Assembly (NCBI GenBank): GCA_963693365.1
Contig: CAVNZM010000008.1
Coordinates: 5,480,310-5,544,309 of the forward strand
Direction of reading: 5' to 3'
Source of the DNA: Amoebidium appalachense
Lineage: Eukaryota; Protista; Ichthyosporea
DNA length: 64,000 nucleotides
Positions 19,904-34,239 of this stretch are shown here, piece by piece. Below the pieces are notes generated by a model. That model saw only the letters and a program-made list of their open reading frames with translations. It had not been told where the DNA came from and made no database searches. Position 1 is the stretch's first letter; the number at the start of each line of letters is the position of its first letter. Both the position numbers and the translations under genes were made by a program.

Positions 19904-21423
19904 TTCTACTCAGGTACATGTGCATGCACACAGTGCATCTTGCCAGCCCCCCCAGATCCTGTGAAGTTACCTGTGTCGGCTCATACTTCTTCTTGCTTCT
20001 TCCTACTGACTTCCCCCCCCCCCCCCCCCCCCCCCCCCTCCCCCCCCCATATCACACACCCACACACACACAGCCACGCAGGGGGCTATCCGCTTCAACC
20101 TTGGTGGCCACATCAACCACTCGATCTTCTGGGAGAACCTCGCCTCCCCCAAGAACGGCGGTGGCGGCGAGCCCGAGGTATGTTTTTATATATCCTCCCC
20201 CCCCCCCCCCCCCCTCCCCCCCCAGTGTTTCACTCTCCTTGTCATCTTCTCTCATCCCCTCCCCGCTCCTCCCCCCTCCCCCACCACCACCACCACCTTT
20301 ATCACCACCCACCAGCCTATCCTTCTATCTCTCCCCCTTTTCTGCACTCACAATCCACAAAAAATCTCGGTGCCTGCTGTCAAACTAGCTCTTGAAAAAG
20401 AATCAGGTTGTCTGGTTGTGCCCCCCCCCCCCCCCTCCCCCCTCCCCCCCTCCCCCCCCCCCCCTCTCCCCTTTCGCATCTTATCGCATCAACTTGTTCT
20501 GTATCACAATATCAGCCTTCCCTTCCCCTCCCTCCCCTTCCCCCCAAACACACACGCACACAGGCACACACACACCACCACAATCACAACCCAACCCCAA
20601 CCACCACCATTTGGGTTGACGCCTCGTGCTTCTTTCACATTTTATTCATCTTACACTTCACGTTCTAGGGTGAGCTCGGCGCTGCCATCAAGGCCCAGTG
20701 GGGGTCCTTTGAGAATTTCCGCAACATTTTCAACACTCAGACTGCCGCCGTTCAGGGCTCCGGCTGGGGCTGGCTCGTAAGTTACCCCCCCCCCCCCCCC
20801 CCCCCTCACCCCTCTTCTTGGCACTCCTATCGGGGGGATCGCCCGGATAAGCATCTTATTCCTTCTCCACCTTCTAATAACAAGGTCGTGGGTTTAGTAT
20901 CTGTAACTGTAATACATTCCACCTTTCCCCCTTTCTCCCCTCCTTTCTCCATCCCCTCTTGCGGCACTACTCCATCCCTCTTTCCACACACAAGTGACAC
21001 TATAACCCCCAATCCGCTTACTCCCTACCCATCCTTGTAATCCGCCCTTTCTCCAACCCCTTTCCACACTCTTTACTACACACACACACACAATTTCTCC
21101 CCCCCCTCTCTGCCCCTCCCCCTGCTCCTATCCACTCACCATTTTTTACTCACTTCCCGTCACCGTTACCCTCACTGGCCAACTTCACCTACACAGTTGT
21201 TCCCCCTCCCTCCCCCCCCCCCCCCCCCCCCCCCCCCTCCCCCCCCTCTTCCCTCCACGCCGCCCGCCCGCCCGCCCCCCGTTTAGACAACACAGCACAC
21301 CCCTTTGTTCTCGCACATTTATGTCCCTTCCGCACCCCCCCCCCCCCCCCCCTTCTCCCATATACAAACACAGTATATGTGTTTTTTAACCCCCTTTGCC
21401 ACACATATATGTATGTCCCCTCC

Positions 21424-21454
<31 letters not shown>

Positions 21455-21790
21455 ACACACATGCAGTACATATTATGTTCTCTAACCCCGTCTCCCCCCC
21501 CCCCCCCCCCCTCCCCAGGGCTACAACCCGGCCACCAAGCAGCTTGCCATCACGGCCATGCCCAACCAGGACCCCCTGCAGGCCCTCACAGGTAAATATC
21601 TATTTTGGGCCCCAGTATCTATTTTTTGGCATATTTCCTCCCAGTACCACCAGTACCACACTTGCTTGCTCATCCCCCCCCTAAACCATACTGACCCACA
21701 TCCGCCCCCAGCCCTGTATGCACTCGGACATTGCATTTCTTATGTGCATGCCATGACATCCCCTTGCCTGCTAGCCCCCCCCCCCCCCCC

Positions 21791-21823
<33 letters not shown>

Positions 21824-22533
21824 CCCCCCACACACACGCACCACACACACACACATGTGCCCATACATGCATGTCGGCACGCTTTAAGAGACATGAATGG
21901 AAATGAGAGAGCATCAAAAAAGGCATAGCCCCATCTGATTTGCGCTTATCCTCCAATCAGGCTACATTCCCCTGCTCGGTATTGACGTCTGGGAGCACGC
22001 CTACTACCTTCAGGTACTTCCCCCCCCCCCCTCCCTCCCTCTCTCCCTCTCCCTCTCCCTCTCCCTCTCCCTGTCCCTGGGAGAGGATAGACACTTCATT
22101 TGTTGCATGTTGTTTGTACTTTATGGTGTGCATTGTTAGTTTGTGCTTCTTTGTGTTCAGCTCCCCCCCCCATCTCCCATCCCCACCCCCCCAAAGGCTG
22201 CTCTCTACTCTCTTGATGGCTTTTTTCTCTTGAGATTCTCTCTCTCTGTCTGGCTTGTCTGTCTTGTCTGTCTTGTCTGTCTGTCTGTCCGTCTTTCTCC
22301 CCCCTCTTTATGCACACATCTGCCCCGTTACCCCTCTTTCCTCTCCGTCTGCATTCTCCCCGGCATCCCCCCCCCCCCCCCCCCCCCCCCCTCCCCCCCC
22401 CTCCCACACACACACTCACTCACTCACTCTCACACTCACACTCCCTAGTCACAATTGCATCCTCTTGTACAGAATAGAGTGCCCTAGTCACACTTGCATC
22501 CTCGTTTACAGAATATTCTAACCCATCCCCATC

Positions 22534-22590
<57 letters not shown>

Positions 22591-22752
22591 ATCCCCCCAC
22601 CCACCCACCCACCCACCCACCTCCTGTCACACGTACACACACACACACACGTACAGTACAAGAACATGCGCCCCGACTACCTCAAGGCCATCTGGCAGGT
22701 TGTCAACTGGAAGGACGTCTCTGCCCGCCTCGCCAAGGCCAAGGGCAACTAA
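17528..22752 (+). CDS. SOD2: Mitochondrial manganese superoxide dismutase, 230 aa; exons 17528-17660, 18668-18793, 20074-20177, 20669-20776, 21519-21591, 21961-22013, 22657-22752
   Basis: Arg-rich presequence, then [56 protein letters not shown]. Exon phases are consistent and sum to 693 nt ending in TAA. Confidence 0.97.
19209..19871 (+). mobile_element. 453-bp intronic repeat family, copy 2 (1.5 units) in SOD2 intron 2
   Basis: Reverse complement of copy 1, flanked by poly-C on both sides, ends ...ttccgcattca-cCCCC. Confidence 0.9.
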
Positions 22753-23110
22753 ATTTAAAATTTAACGGATGAATACCATTGGCCCATGTACTGGGATAAA
22801 ATCTTTATTTAGAGCTGGATGTGGCCATGAGGTATGTTGGTGTCGGAGGAAAATGAATCTGTGCGTGTCGGATTTTTACGGTTACTGCTTTTGGGTGCTC
22901 CTAATTATTAGTTTATCAGAGTGTCCCGGTTAGTTAGTGGTATTTACTGTTTGAAAACTGATGCGTCCAGAAAAACAAAAACAGAAAAAAAAGACACCGG
23001 TCAAAAACACTCAGTTTGGTTGATTCCTTGCTTTGAAGGTTTGATGGTAAAACGAGAGAGGGAAGGAGGGTTGAATACTTCTCTTCCTCCCCCTCGTTTT
23101 TCTCTTTCCT

Positions 23111-23147
<37 letters not shown>

Positions 23148-23283
23148 CTTCTCCGCCCTCTTGATGCATGTGTACGTGCATGAACAATAAATGCAAGTGC
23201 AAACTAAACCGTTGGGGGTTTGGTTGCGAAATTGCAGCTTGGTGACGGTTTGGTCGGGCGTGACCTATCGTGAGATTGTGTGT

Positions 23284-23314
<31 letters not shown>

Positions 23315-24378
23315 GGGGGGGGTCTATTCCCAGTGGGCCGATCCTGGCGGCAGTATACTTTTTTTTTTAGCTGTCACTGCGGTTTGACGGTGTGTGTGTG
23401 TGTTGTGGAAGGAGGGGGCCGTGGGGACACGCAAGCGTGTAATATAGTTGGTGTGTTGTTTGTGTGTGTATGGTATTACATGCTCTTACAGTCTGTCTCA
23501 CCGTATACATACGGCCAAGTGCTACTGAATTTCCTGAGCCACGGCCATCTTGAACAGCACCCTGAGCTTTCGGGGTTCGATTGAGTTTGGGGCAAGCCTA
23601 GCCTAGGTCGAACTCGCCGACGGAATTCGAAGCGGAGCGGAGGTGTGGATGGACACGCGCGGGGGGGGGGGGGGGGGGGGGGGGGGAGACCACACCGCCT
23701 AAGGCCACAGGCTGGAGCATGGCCGAAGGCTCAACTTCAAGGCTTGGCCGTTTTGTCACTAGTGTTTTTCTATTCACATAGTCCTAATTAGACTTTCACC
23801 TATGAGAAAACCGCATTCATTTACATCCCTCGACAAATATAAAAAGAAACCGTTATTTGAAAGTTGGTCCTAACACAGCAGTCATGCATAACATGAGCCT
23901 AGAGGAGGGGTTGCAAAATTTTCTTTTCCTTAAATGATTCGACTTCAAACCAATCGGAATCTACAGTAATTGCAGCAGCTAGGATAAACGGTGGCCTCTG
24001 ACTAACAAACTATATAACTAAAGTTACTTTAAATAAATATATAATGGCTCGATGGATTGTCCTTCAAAAACATGCTATGTGTACTAAAGAATAATCGCAA
24101 ACAATTACCATCCACTCAACTAACCAATAATGTGGGCCGCGGTATCATACCATGTGAATGGTATGTTACCAACTAATTAGGAGACTAGTCAATAGCCCCT
24201 CACACACATGTGTGATTTTTGACACACCGATTACTCCCCCCCCCTCCCCCTCTCCCCCCCCCCCCCTCCCCTTCCCCCTCCCCTCCCTCCAAGAGAAAAA
24301 AAAAAAAAAAAAAAAAAAAAAGATACATACTGTAGTGGGATTTTGTGATCCTCATAGGGAATCACAATCTCCGTCCCC

Positions 24379-26604
24379 CTAGACACCCAACACCAACCCC
24401 GCCTCTGCCCGTTCCACCATCAGGCACTCCTTCCATGCCCCGCCGCTGAAAAACCCCGCCAGCTCCGGAAAATCCGCAAATTCGCACCCGGTCGTGTTTA
24501 CCTCCTCCAAAAACGGGCACGAAATCAGGTCCCACGCCTCCGTCAGCCCATCGCAGTAACTCACGTCGAGAGATCGCAAACTACCCGCCCGCACAATCGG
24601 AGAAATCGTCGTCAGCGAATGACATTTCGAGAACGAAACCCGCGTTAGCCTTTTATAGGCGTCGTCCGAATCGCGCCCGAGCGGCTCAATGTCCCACAGT
24701 CCGCGGCACTGGTCCAATACGAGCTCGCACAATTGGACGAGGGGGGTAAATTCCGCCAGAGAATGCACCCCCTGTCCCCCCGTAAGATCCAGGTGGGTTA
24801 ACCCCGTGCACCGCGAGATGGGCGAGTAGTCCATCAACACGGCCATGTGGGTGAGCGAAAGGTGTCGGAGGGAAGGAGCCAGAAGGTACAGGAAGGAAAC
24901 GTCTGCGGCAAAGACGCAATCTTTCACGCACAGCCGCCGAATTTGGTTAAATTCCGCAAGAAATGAAAGATCTGATTCGTGCGGAGCAAGCTCGAACTTT
25001 ACCCGCTGCAGCCGTCGCGACGCCGACGAAAAATCCGGTCCTCCTAGAGGGACGGGGGAGACGAAGCTCCGCAGACGCGGGAACTCGGGCATCGGCAGAA
25101 AACGGTCGTGACGAGTGTCCGAAATGTCGACCGTCTCGAGGGTTTCGTGCGATGCAGCCAAAAAATCATAATCCTGCAATAGGACCCCCCTTAACACAAC
25201 CTTCCTGAGCGCCGCCAGCGGGGGGATCCGGAGGTCTAGGGGACCCGAGCGCGAAACTTCGAGCCGTGTGAGCCCCTCACAGAAGCCCAGGGGGGAGAGC
25301 GACGACACCTGTTGCAGATCCCCCAAGACCAACTCTCGAAGGTTCCGCAGCCTTCCGATCGCTTCAATCGATTGCATTTCTCCAAAATTTACAACCTCTA
25401 ATGAAGTGAGGTTTTCTTCCATGCGCGCACTGTGTGCACGCGATGCAAACAGTGAATCGAGGTCGCGCAATGACGCACAGTCGGAGATGGAGAGAGCGCG
25501 GATGCGGGGGAGAAGGGAGATGGTTGCTAAGGAACTGACAGATGACGAGCGGAGAAGGACCAATCGCGTGAGTTGGAATGTCGTCGCGAGAACGCCAATG
25601 TGCCCGATTCCTGTAGCGTGTGTGAGTGTGTGTGTGTTTGTGTGTGTGTGGGGGGAGGGTGGGGGAAGGGGGGGGGGGGGGGGGGGGGGGTGCCTGTGTG
25701 TGTGTGTGCGTGTGTGTGCGCGCGTGCATGTTTTTGGCAGGGAGGGAGGAAGGGGAAGGTTAATTACAACGGGTGAGCAGTTGGAGGGTTGGAGGTATAA
25801 AGGAATGAAGATAGAGATGAGGGCATTCATGAGTTTGCAGTCAAGAAAGCCGGGCTGCAAAAGCCCTGAAGGAAAAAAAAAGGGAGAGGCCGCGGGGGAG
25901 GGGGGGGGGGGGGGGGTTGAATGCGGAACACGGTACGAAGTACGCATACACGAAGGACACATGCAAAGGCAAACATTCAAGTATGCAACATCAGCCATGC
26001 GCACAGTATGCGTCATAAGCAGAGCCCATCCTCAGGGAGGGCCCAAGTCATCAATTGCGTCTGAGTTTCGACCCCTTAGCCCGCGTATATACGACTCTCC
26101 AACTCAGACAGCAGCATCAACTGAACTTGGGAGGGTCAACCCGTCTTGATCAAAGATGAGCAGGGTTGTTTATGCAAGCAAGGTGAGCAAAACGGTGAAT
26201 ATGTGTGTGCAAACTAATGCAGTGCAGCGAAAAATGCGTATGTGCTTACAGATGCACGACACAGAGCAACAATGCTCGGTTGCATGGAAGTAAAGCGGTC
26301 TCCACACAGTGGTCTGTCCTGAAAGGACACCTCTGAAAGAAGACTGGGGGGGTTTGAATGCGGAACACGGTACGAAGTAGCATACAAGAAGGACACATGC
26401 AAAGGCAAACATTTAAGTATGCAACATAGCCATGCGCACAGTATGCGTCATAAGCAGAGCCCATCCTCAGGGAGGACCCAAGTCATCAAATTGCGTCTGA
26501 GTTTCGACCCCTTAGCCCGCGTATATACGACTCTCCAACTCAGACAGCAGCATCAACGAACTTGGGAGGGTCAACCCGTCTTGATCAAAGACGAGCAGGG
26601 TTGC

Positions 26605-26652
<48 letters not shown>

Positions 26653-28027
26653 TGTCAGTGTATCCAAACGTGAGTGTCTGGGAAGGGGGGGGGAGGGGGG
26701 GGGGGGGAGAGAGAGAAAGAATTAAAGGCTTCGGCATCTCCCCCCCCCCCCCCCCCCCGAGCTGCGAGGCAAACGGCACACACACGCAACACCTTTGAGT
26801 GTGGCTCCTTATGCTAAAATTACATCCAAACACACGTATATAGCGTATATACAAAAAAAAAAAAAAAAAAAAAAAACAAAAACAGCAACACGCAGTCAGC
26901 ACATTCCATTGCTTTTGCGCAGGCCAATCGAAACATGGAAACCTCCAAGGACACCAAATAGAACCCTCATCAAACGGCCCCGGTAAAGCCCCCCCTCCCC
27001 CCCCCCCCCCAAAAAAAAAAAAAAAAAATGAAGGGGAGGAGCCCAGGGTTGCAGGAGGCGTCCTTTTGAATTCCAAAAGTGCCTTTCATACTCACAAACA
27101 GGAAGAAAAAAAAGGAGTCAAAAGAAGACTCTGTGCGAAGCCCGGGGGCGGTTGGGGGGGGGTCTACAAGTTCGATAAAGGAACACACAGAAATCATTCG
27201 GGCCCAACCCATGCAGGAAAATGCAAGCAGGCAGCCCCCATATCCCTCCCCCCTCCCCCCCCCCCCCCCCTCTCCCCTCCTCCAACCTATAAACTGTACG
27301 AGAGTTGAAGGTTGGGTCGGTGGGTGGGTTGGGGGGGGAAGGGGGGGGGGGGGGGGGGAGGGACTCAGGGGGTCCAGACCGGGTGTGTTTTAGTAGTAGG
27401 GACAATCCAGCCGGGGTTGGAAAGAGAGTTCAGCAGAACGGAAAGGGGGGCGGGTATGGGGGGGGGGAGGAGAGAGAGGGGGAGGGGGAGGGGGGGGGGG
27501 GGGGGGAGGAGGCGGTAGGTGTTTGAAAGAGTACACTTAAAGGGAGAGGGGAAAAGGGGGGGGGGGGTGCGGAGGGCAGAGGGCAGGGGAAGGATGGGGG
27601 GGGGGGGGGGGGGGGGGGGGGGAGAGGGAGAGAGAGAGACAGCTGAAGAACGGTTATATAGGAGAAAGAGATAACTTGTTTGGCTGAGATGGGCTTGGTG
27701 GCCGTGTGTTTGTGTGTGTTTGTGTGTGTGTGTGCGTGTATGCGCGCCCGTGTGTGTGTGTGTGAGTGAGTGTGTGTGTGTGAGTGTGTGTGTGTGTGTG
27801 TGCGCGCGCGGGCGCGTGTGTGACTGTGAGCATGGTGTGAGTGTGTGCTTGCACGTGTGGGTGTGCATGTGTACGTGTGTGTGTGCGTACGTGTGTCCAG
27901 TGTGTGTATGTTGCGAGCACGTATTTTTTGCGCATGCGAGCGCGGGTGGTCGCGTGTTTGTGTATGTCTGTGTGCGTGTGCATGTGGCCTGTGTGTGTCT
28001 CGTGCCATGTGCCTGGCCATGGCGTGT

Positions 28028-28074
<47 letters not shown>

Positions 28075-28794
28075 GGGAGAGGGGAGAAAAATGAAAAAGA
28101 GAGGTTAAACCTTCCTCCCCTCCCCCTCCCCCCTCGCCCCCCTTTCCCCTTCCCTTGTTGCTTTACCCCTGTAGGTGGCAGGGGAAGAGGCGAGGTGGTA
28201 GGGGAAGAGGTCAGAAGAAGAGGCAGGGTGGAGGGGGGGGGGGGGGGGGGGGGGGGAGGGGGGGGGGGGGGAGGGGGGGGGGGAGGGGGGGGGAATATCA
28301 CAGTCCAAATGGTGAAAACATGAAACAAAAGGTTACACACCTGCAAGCACGAGGTGTGCAGGCAGTCTGGTTGCTAGGGAGCTGAGCACGTGGCTCATAT
28401 GCGGCTCGTTGCAGGCCACGTGCAACGCCTCCAACCTTCCAGCACGCTCCAGTATTTCACGCAACATGGGCACGTCAGATCCATGAAGCCCCACCGCCAA
28501 CCTGTCGACACTCTTTGAAAAAAAGGAAAGCCCCCTGCACATGATGGCCCATTCCTCGCTGGGGAATGGCGGTAGGCGCGAAACATGGCGTCGGTTGTGA
28601 TCTAGGAGAGATGGGGCACGTCCGAACCACACCCATTCCAAGCCGTGGCTTCTGCGCACTTCCGTGAGCCACTGCCTGCACACCAATGAGCAGTTTTTGC
28701 GGTCGGAATATTCGGGAACAAACGAGAATATGTGGCGGAGGAGTTCGGGTGGGAGGAGGGACCAATCGGGTGCGGGAGGTAGGGGCGGATCCAT
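24379..28794 (-). CDS. F-box/leucine-rich-repeat protein (~561 aa); exons 28794-28341 and 25610-24379
   Basis: F-box WSLLPPELLRHIFSFVPEYSDRKNCSLVCRQW in exon 1. Phase-1 intron (G|gtgtgt ... ctacag|GA). Exon 2 has many LxxLxxLxLxxC repeats (e.g. SRCTGLTHLDLTG, GSLRSLDVSYCDGL). Small intermediate exons are not excluded. Confidence 0.85.
25917..26606 (-). mobile_element. 453-bp intronic repeat family, copy 3 (~1.6 units, internal-deletion subfamily) in F-box/LRR intron
   Basis: ttgaatgcggaacacggtacg at 25917 and ~26354. Both units lack the tgagaagcatggtgc segment. Poly-G on both flanks. Confidence 0.9.
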
Positions 28795-29491
28795 GGCGAT
28801 GGAGAGTGCAAGATGTACATGTGGGGGAGGGATGAGGTGTGTGTGGATATGATGTGCAAGATGGTTATTTCAAAGTGTTGCAAACTACTTTGTGCAAGTG
28901 TAGATGTTGAACGGGAGTCAAGGAAAAAGTGAAAATATGTATTTGTTCTTATGTGCTAAGGTGACTTGTGTCGAAGAAGCGAATGCTGGCAATCGCTTTT
29001 CTTCGTTGTTTTGGTCTTTTTGCTGGATGGCTGTAGCCCAAAGCGATGTAGGCTATACTTTATCTTACAATTAGTAGATTCCTGACGTCGACAGGCTTTA
29101 GCGAAACAATGACGTCATCAAACAATATGAGCTGCAAGTACACAGGCAGCCAGTGCTGTGTTTGGTGATACTACCATATAAAGTAACGTGATCAAACGTT
29201 TGATTGGCGGTGAAGAGTTGTTTGCGCAACATCCCGGCCCTCACGGCCACACCTGCGACACACAGGCTCAGCCTACCGTACAGACTCGCGTCAGCTGGGT
29301 TTTTTACCTTTCACACTCCAAGATTCTTGGGGAAGGCATTAGAGTTTTGTGTTCCCTATCCTTTGTCGTCATAAGAGATACAAGCAAGCAAAGTCAAGAC
29401 CTCCCACCACCCTACGGTTGAAACTTTCACTTACACCGCACATATTCATAACACACACACTCGTTTACTCACACTCTCACTTTTTTCGACC
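28795..29491. promoter_or_regulatory. Bidirectional promoter between F-box/LRR and MRRF
   Basis: ~700-bp microsatellite-free head-to-head gap with CRE-like tgacgtc (~29083) and tgacgtca (29110) and ATTGG (~29203). Confidence 0.5.
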
Positions 29492-30338
29492 ATGCTTCGC
29501 TCACTCCCCCGCGCTTTCAACCTCGCCTCCAGACAGGCAGCGCACGCGGTACCACCCATGACCGCCACTGCACGCACCATGCATGTTCTGGCAGCATCCA
29601 TGGGGTTCTCGTTGCAGAGAATGGCCGTGTGTGTGCCACTAAGTTCTCAGGTGCAGTGGAGAGGAATGGCCAAGAAAGCAGGTGGGTGCACTAACGAGGG
29701 GGGTATAAGATGGGGGGGAGGGGGGGGAGAAGGGCCGGGGGGGGGGGGGGGGGGGGGAGGGGGGATTTCTTTTTTGTGGGAAAGGGGAGAGGGGGCGGGG
29801 GGAGAGGGGAGAGGGGAGAGGGGAGAGGGAGGGGAGGACAAGCCGCAGCCAGGGTGCTGGAATAAGGGTAAAGAAATAAGAGGGGTTTGAGCCAGATTGG
29901 AAGCGTAGGGGAGGAGGCGGGGGAGGATGGAAGGGTTGAGATAGTGCCTATGGCGGAGAGGGGGGAAGGGGGGGAGGCGAGAGAGAGAGAGAGAGAGGCT
30001 TGTTATGATGGTGAGAGGGAAGCAACACATGGGGTTCAGAATTTATTAGCTCAGATATTTTGGAGGAAATGGCATGTTTTTTCGTCATTTGAGGACGGGC
30101 AAACGGGAAGGGGGTCATGGGAAGGGCATTTGATGTGACCTGTCCTTCCCCCCCATTCCCCGGGGGAGGAGGAGGAGGGGGGGAAGCAGGCACCGGAGTT
30201 GAAAGGTGGCACGGCATTTTGCATGGTCCGTGCTTGTGGATTGGCGTGGTTCGTGCACAGATGTACAGATGTTTATGTGTGTTTGTGATAAGGGATGGGG
30301 TGGTCTTTGTGTGTCGTGCCCCTGTGCGTTTTTTTTGT

Positions 30339-30385
<47 letters not shown>

Positions 30386-30574
30386 TGGCGATCACAAAAA
30401 AAAAAAACAAGGGGGGGGGGGGGGGGGGGGGGGGGAGGACACCTTAAATATATAGCCTCCCCCCCCCCCCCTCCCCCCAACCCCCACCTGCGTACACCAT
30501 ATCCACCCACCAACCCACTCTTTCCCCCTCGTTGATCTCTTCATCTGGTGCATAAGTTGATTGCGGGGGGAGGG

Positions 30575-30664
<90 letters not shown>

Positions 30665-31563
30665 TGCGTAATTTAAACATTAAAGAAGGAGGGAGGCAAG
30701 AAAATAGGCCAATGGGCTGAGGGGTGTGTATGAAAGACCTGTGAGATATAACGATATACGAATGTAGATATTGGAACATATATATTGGATACAACGATAT
30801 ATACAATGTAAGTATGGATATACAGATATACTATTATGGATATACTTTGATCCTACTATAGGTGGGTGGCAGGCAAAGACGTAGATATAGCTGTATGTGT
30901 ATATATCAAATATGGATATACATTCCCACACACATATGTATATGGATATATGTATATTTCAACATGGATATTATTTAATCCTGACAAATTTTGGGGTGGC
31001 AGGCAAAGGCAAGGGGCAGGCGGCAGCTGCCAGCGAAGAGGCAGCCCCCTCCTTTGACACGGCAGAGTACGCCCAGATGATGAGGGTGGGTGTTGTTTTT
31101 AGTGTTAAAAGGCAACATTTATTAGAATGTTGGGTTGGAATCATGACTCCTGAACTTATGAGAGGTGCGAAGGGCTGGGGAGAGGGGGGGGGGGGGGGGG
31201 GGGGAGATAAAGAGAGAGGCAGGGGGGGGGGGGGGGGGAGGGGGGAGGTGGGCAGGGTGGGTGGGCAGGTTTGTGGTGGTGAATAGAGTGGGGTGGGAAA
31301 TATATCCTCCCACCTCCCCCTCCTCCCCCCACCCCTTTCCGCCTCTTTATTTCATCGGAAAAATGAACACTGCAAGGGGGGAGAGAAAGGGGAGGGTGGG
31401 GAAGGATGTGAGGGAGCCAAGAGCGGGAGTGAGAGATATGAGAAGGTCGGGTGGAGGCGAGGATGCGGTTCAGTGGGAAAGAATTACTGCCACCCACTTT
31501 TGAACTAAGTGGGGTGTAAGGGCAAAAATAGACAGCCGGCGGAGGAAGGGGGGGGGGGGGGGG

Positions 31564-31596
<33 letters not shown>

Positions 31597-32363
31597 GGGG
31601 GATGGGGGGGTTGCCCGTACACTGGGGCGAGGTGGGAGGTGTGACACCATCTACTTCAGATTTCCCCCTCTTCCCCCCCCCCCCCCCCCCCCTCCCCTCC
31701 CCCCCTCCCCTCCCCCCTCCCCCGGTTGCCTGATGCAATTATAAGTGGTTTTGGGTGTGGTGTTGATTGGAACGTGGCAGAGCGGGTGCAAAGATTGTGA
31801 TTGGTCTGTGGACACTGATAGCGACTATTTTGAGCCAGCGGGGTTTTTTTCTTGTTTGTTTTAGGGTTTGCGGGCCAATCGGTTTCCTAATTATCATATA
31901 CAGTATGTTGTAGCCAATGGTTTACTATGACATATTTTAGCTTCCTGATTATTATGTTTTAGCCAGTGAGTTTGCCGAGCAGAGCAGGGCTTTTTTTTTT
32001 GCTGACCAGGCCCTGAGTCACGGCCATTTATATAATGATGTTGCTAAATAAGGCTATTTTCAGTATGAGCGTTGCCAATTAGAGCTGTCTTAAGGATGAA
32101 CGTTACGTATACCAACCAGAGCTATCTTTGATCATAACGTTGCAAATCAGAACTATTTTTGGTACTAACGTTGCCCAGATGTCCTTTTTTTTCTTCAATG
32201 AGGTTGCCAATGGACCAATTTTTAGTTGCATGTTTGCCGTTGAGTTATTTTTTGCTAAGGACATCACTAATCGGGGAAATTTTTAGCATGCCGTCGATTC
32301 TGTGCACAAAGACTTTGACAAGATCAGAACCGGCCAGACTACCCCTGGTACGTGCGTGTGTGT

Positions 32364-32441
<78 letters not shown>

Positions 32442-32453
32442 ACGTGCGTGGGT

Positions 32454-32545
<92 letters not shown>

Positions 32546-32716
32546 GTGTATGCGCGCTCACATGTATGTGTGTACGTGTGCTAGAGCCTGTGCTTTACTG
32601 TGGGTGTGCTCAGGTTTCTGTCCTGTTTTTTTCCGGGGAAAGGGGGGGGGGGGGGGGGGGGGGGGGGGGGAAGGGTAGTTTACTAACGATCGGGGGGGGT
32701 GGGGGGGTGGGGGGGA

Positions 32717-32774
<58 letters not shown>

Positions 32775-32880
32775 GTGTGCCTGTGTGTGTCGGGGGGAGT
32801 TGTGTGCGTGTGTGTGTACGTGTACGTGTGTATGTGTGTATGTGTGGGGGGGAGGGGAGAGGTGGATGTGTGTGTGTGAG

Positions 32881-32925
<45 letters not shown>

Positions 32926-33119
32926 GGGTGTGTCTGAGAAAAGAGGGGGGGGGGGGGGGGAAAGTGGATTAAAATGAGAGAGAGGAAGAAGAACGACGGG
33001 AAGTGGAGATGTGGGCTCCCGGGAGGGGGGGGGGGGGAGAAGGAGAGGGGGGGGATGAGCAAAAACTGTATTTTTATGTCTGCATGCTAAACACACTTCT
33101 GCACACACACTAACACACA

Positions 33120-33159
<40 letters not shown>

Positions 33160-33252
33160 TACATACACACACACACACTCGCACACAAACACACACACAC
33201 ACTTACACACACACACACGCACGCACACACACACTCACACGCACACACCCAC

Positions 33253-33288
<36 letters not shown>

Positions 33289-33487
33289 TAGTATATTTAT
33301 AAAATGTTAAAAGTTTGAAAGGTTTGTAACCCGTGCACGTTATTGGCCGCAGCTATCCTGGACCATATCCGTGTGCCGGCCTACGGCAACCCTGTGCCGA
33401 TTAGCCAAATCGGGCAAGTGAGCCTCAAGGACCCGACAAATCTCATCGTATCGGTTTTCGATCCGGAGGTAGAGATATTCCCCCCTC

Positions 33488-33525
<38 letters not shown>

Positions 33526-33962
33526 CAACAGCACCCCACCCTTCCCGTCCCACCCAAGCCCACCCACCAGCTTCTTTTCACACGTCAGGCTACTGATCCT
33601 CTTTCTTAAAACGGAAAGTTCAAAGTCGTTAGGTTAGCTGCATGCAGCCATCACCAAACCCACGTGATCCCGCATTCTAACCACCAATGACTTGCAGCTT
33701 TTAAAAACCACGGAGGAGGCCATCCGCCAATCAGATCTCGGCCTTAATCCTGTGTTTGAGGGAAAAGTTATTAGAGTTCCCATGCCAAAGTATGTGTCGT
33801 CCCCCCTCCTCCCCTCCCCCCGGCCCCCGGCCCCCTGCCCCCTCCCCCTCCCCCTCTCATTTCCTCCGAAAGGGGTCACAAAGTTTTGTTAATTCCAGGG
33901 GAGAAACTTTGGATTTTTGGTTCCTTATACGGCAACCGGGTTTCTGTTGGTTACCTCAAGCG

Positions 33963-34000
<38 letters not shown>

Positions 34001-34166
34001 ATACACACAGACGTAGGCGCGCACACACGCTCACACACGCGCGCGCGTGCGCGCACGCACACGAACATGCTCACGCACACATAAGCGCACACAAGCACAC
34101 GCGAACGCGCACGCGCACGCAGGCACGCATGCACATATACACGCACATACACACACACACACACAT

Positions 34167-34239
<73 letters not shown>

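Noticed and set aside
25268-26149. 293-aa + strand ORF
   Set aside because: Antisense shadow of the LRR exon extended through microsatellite and repeat sequence.
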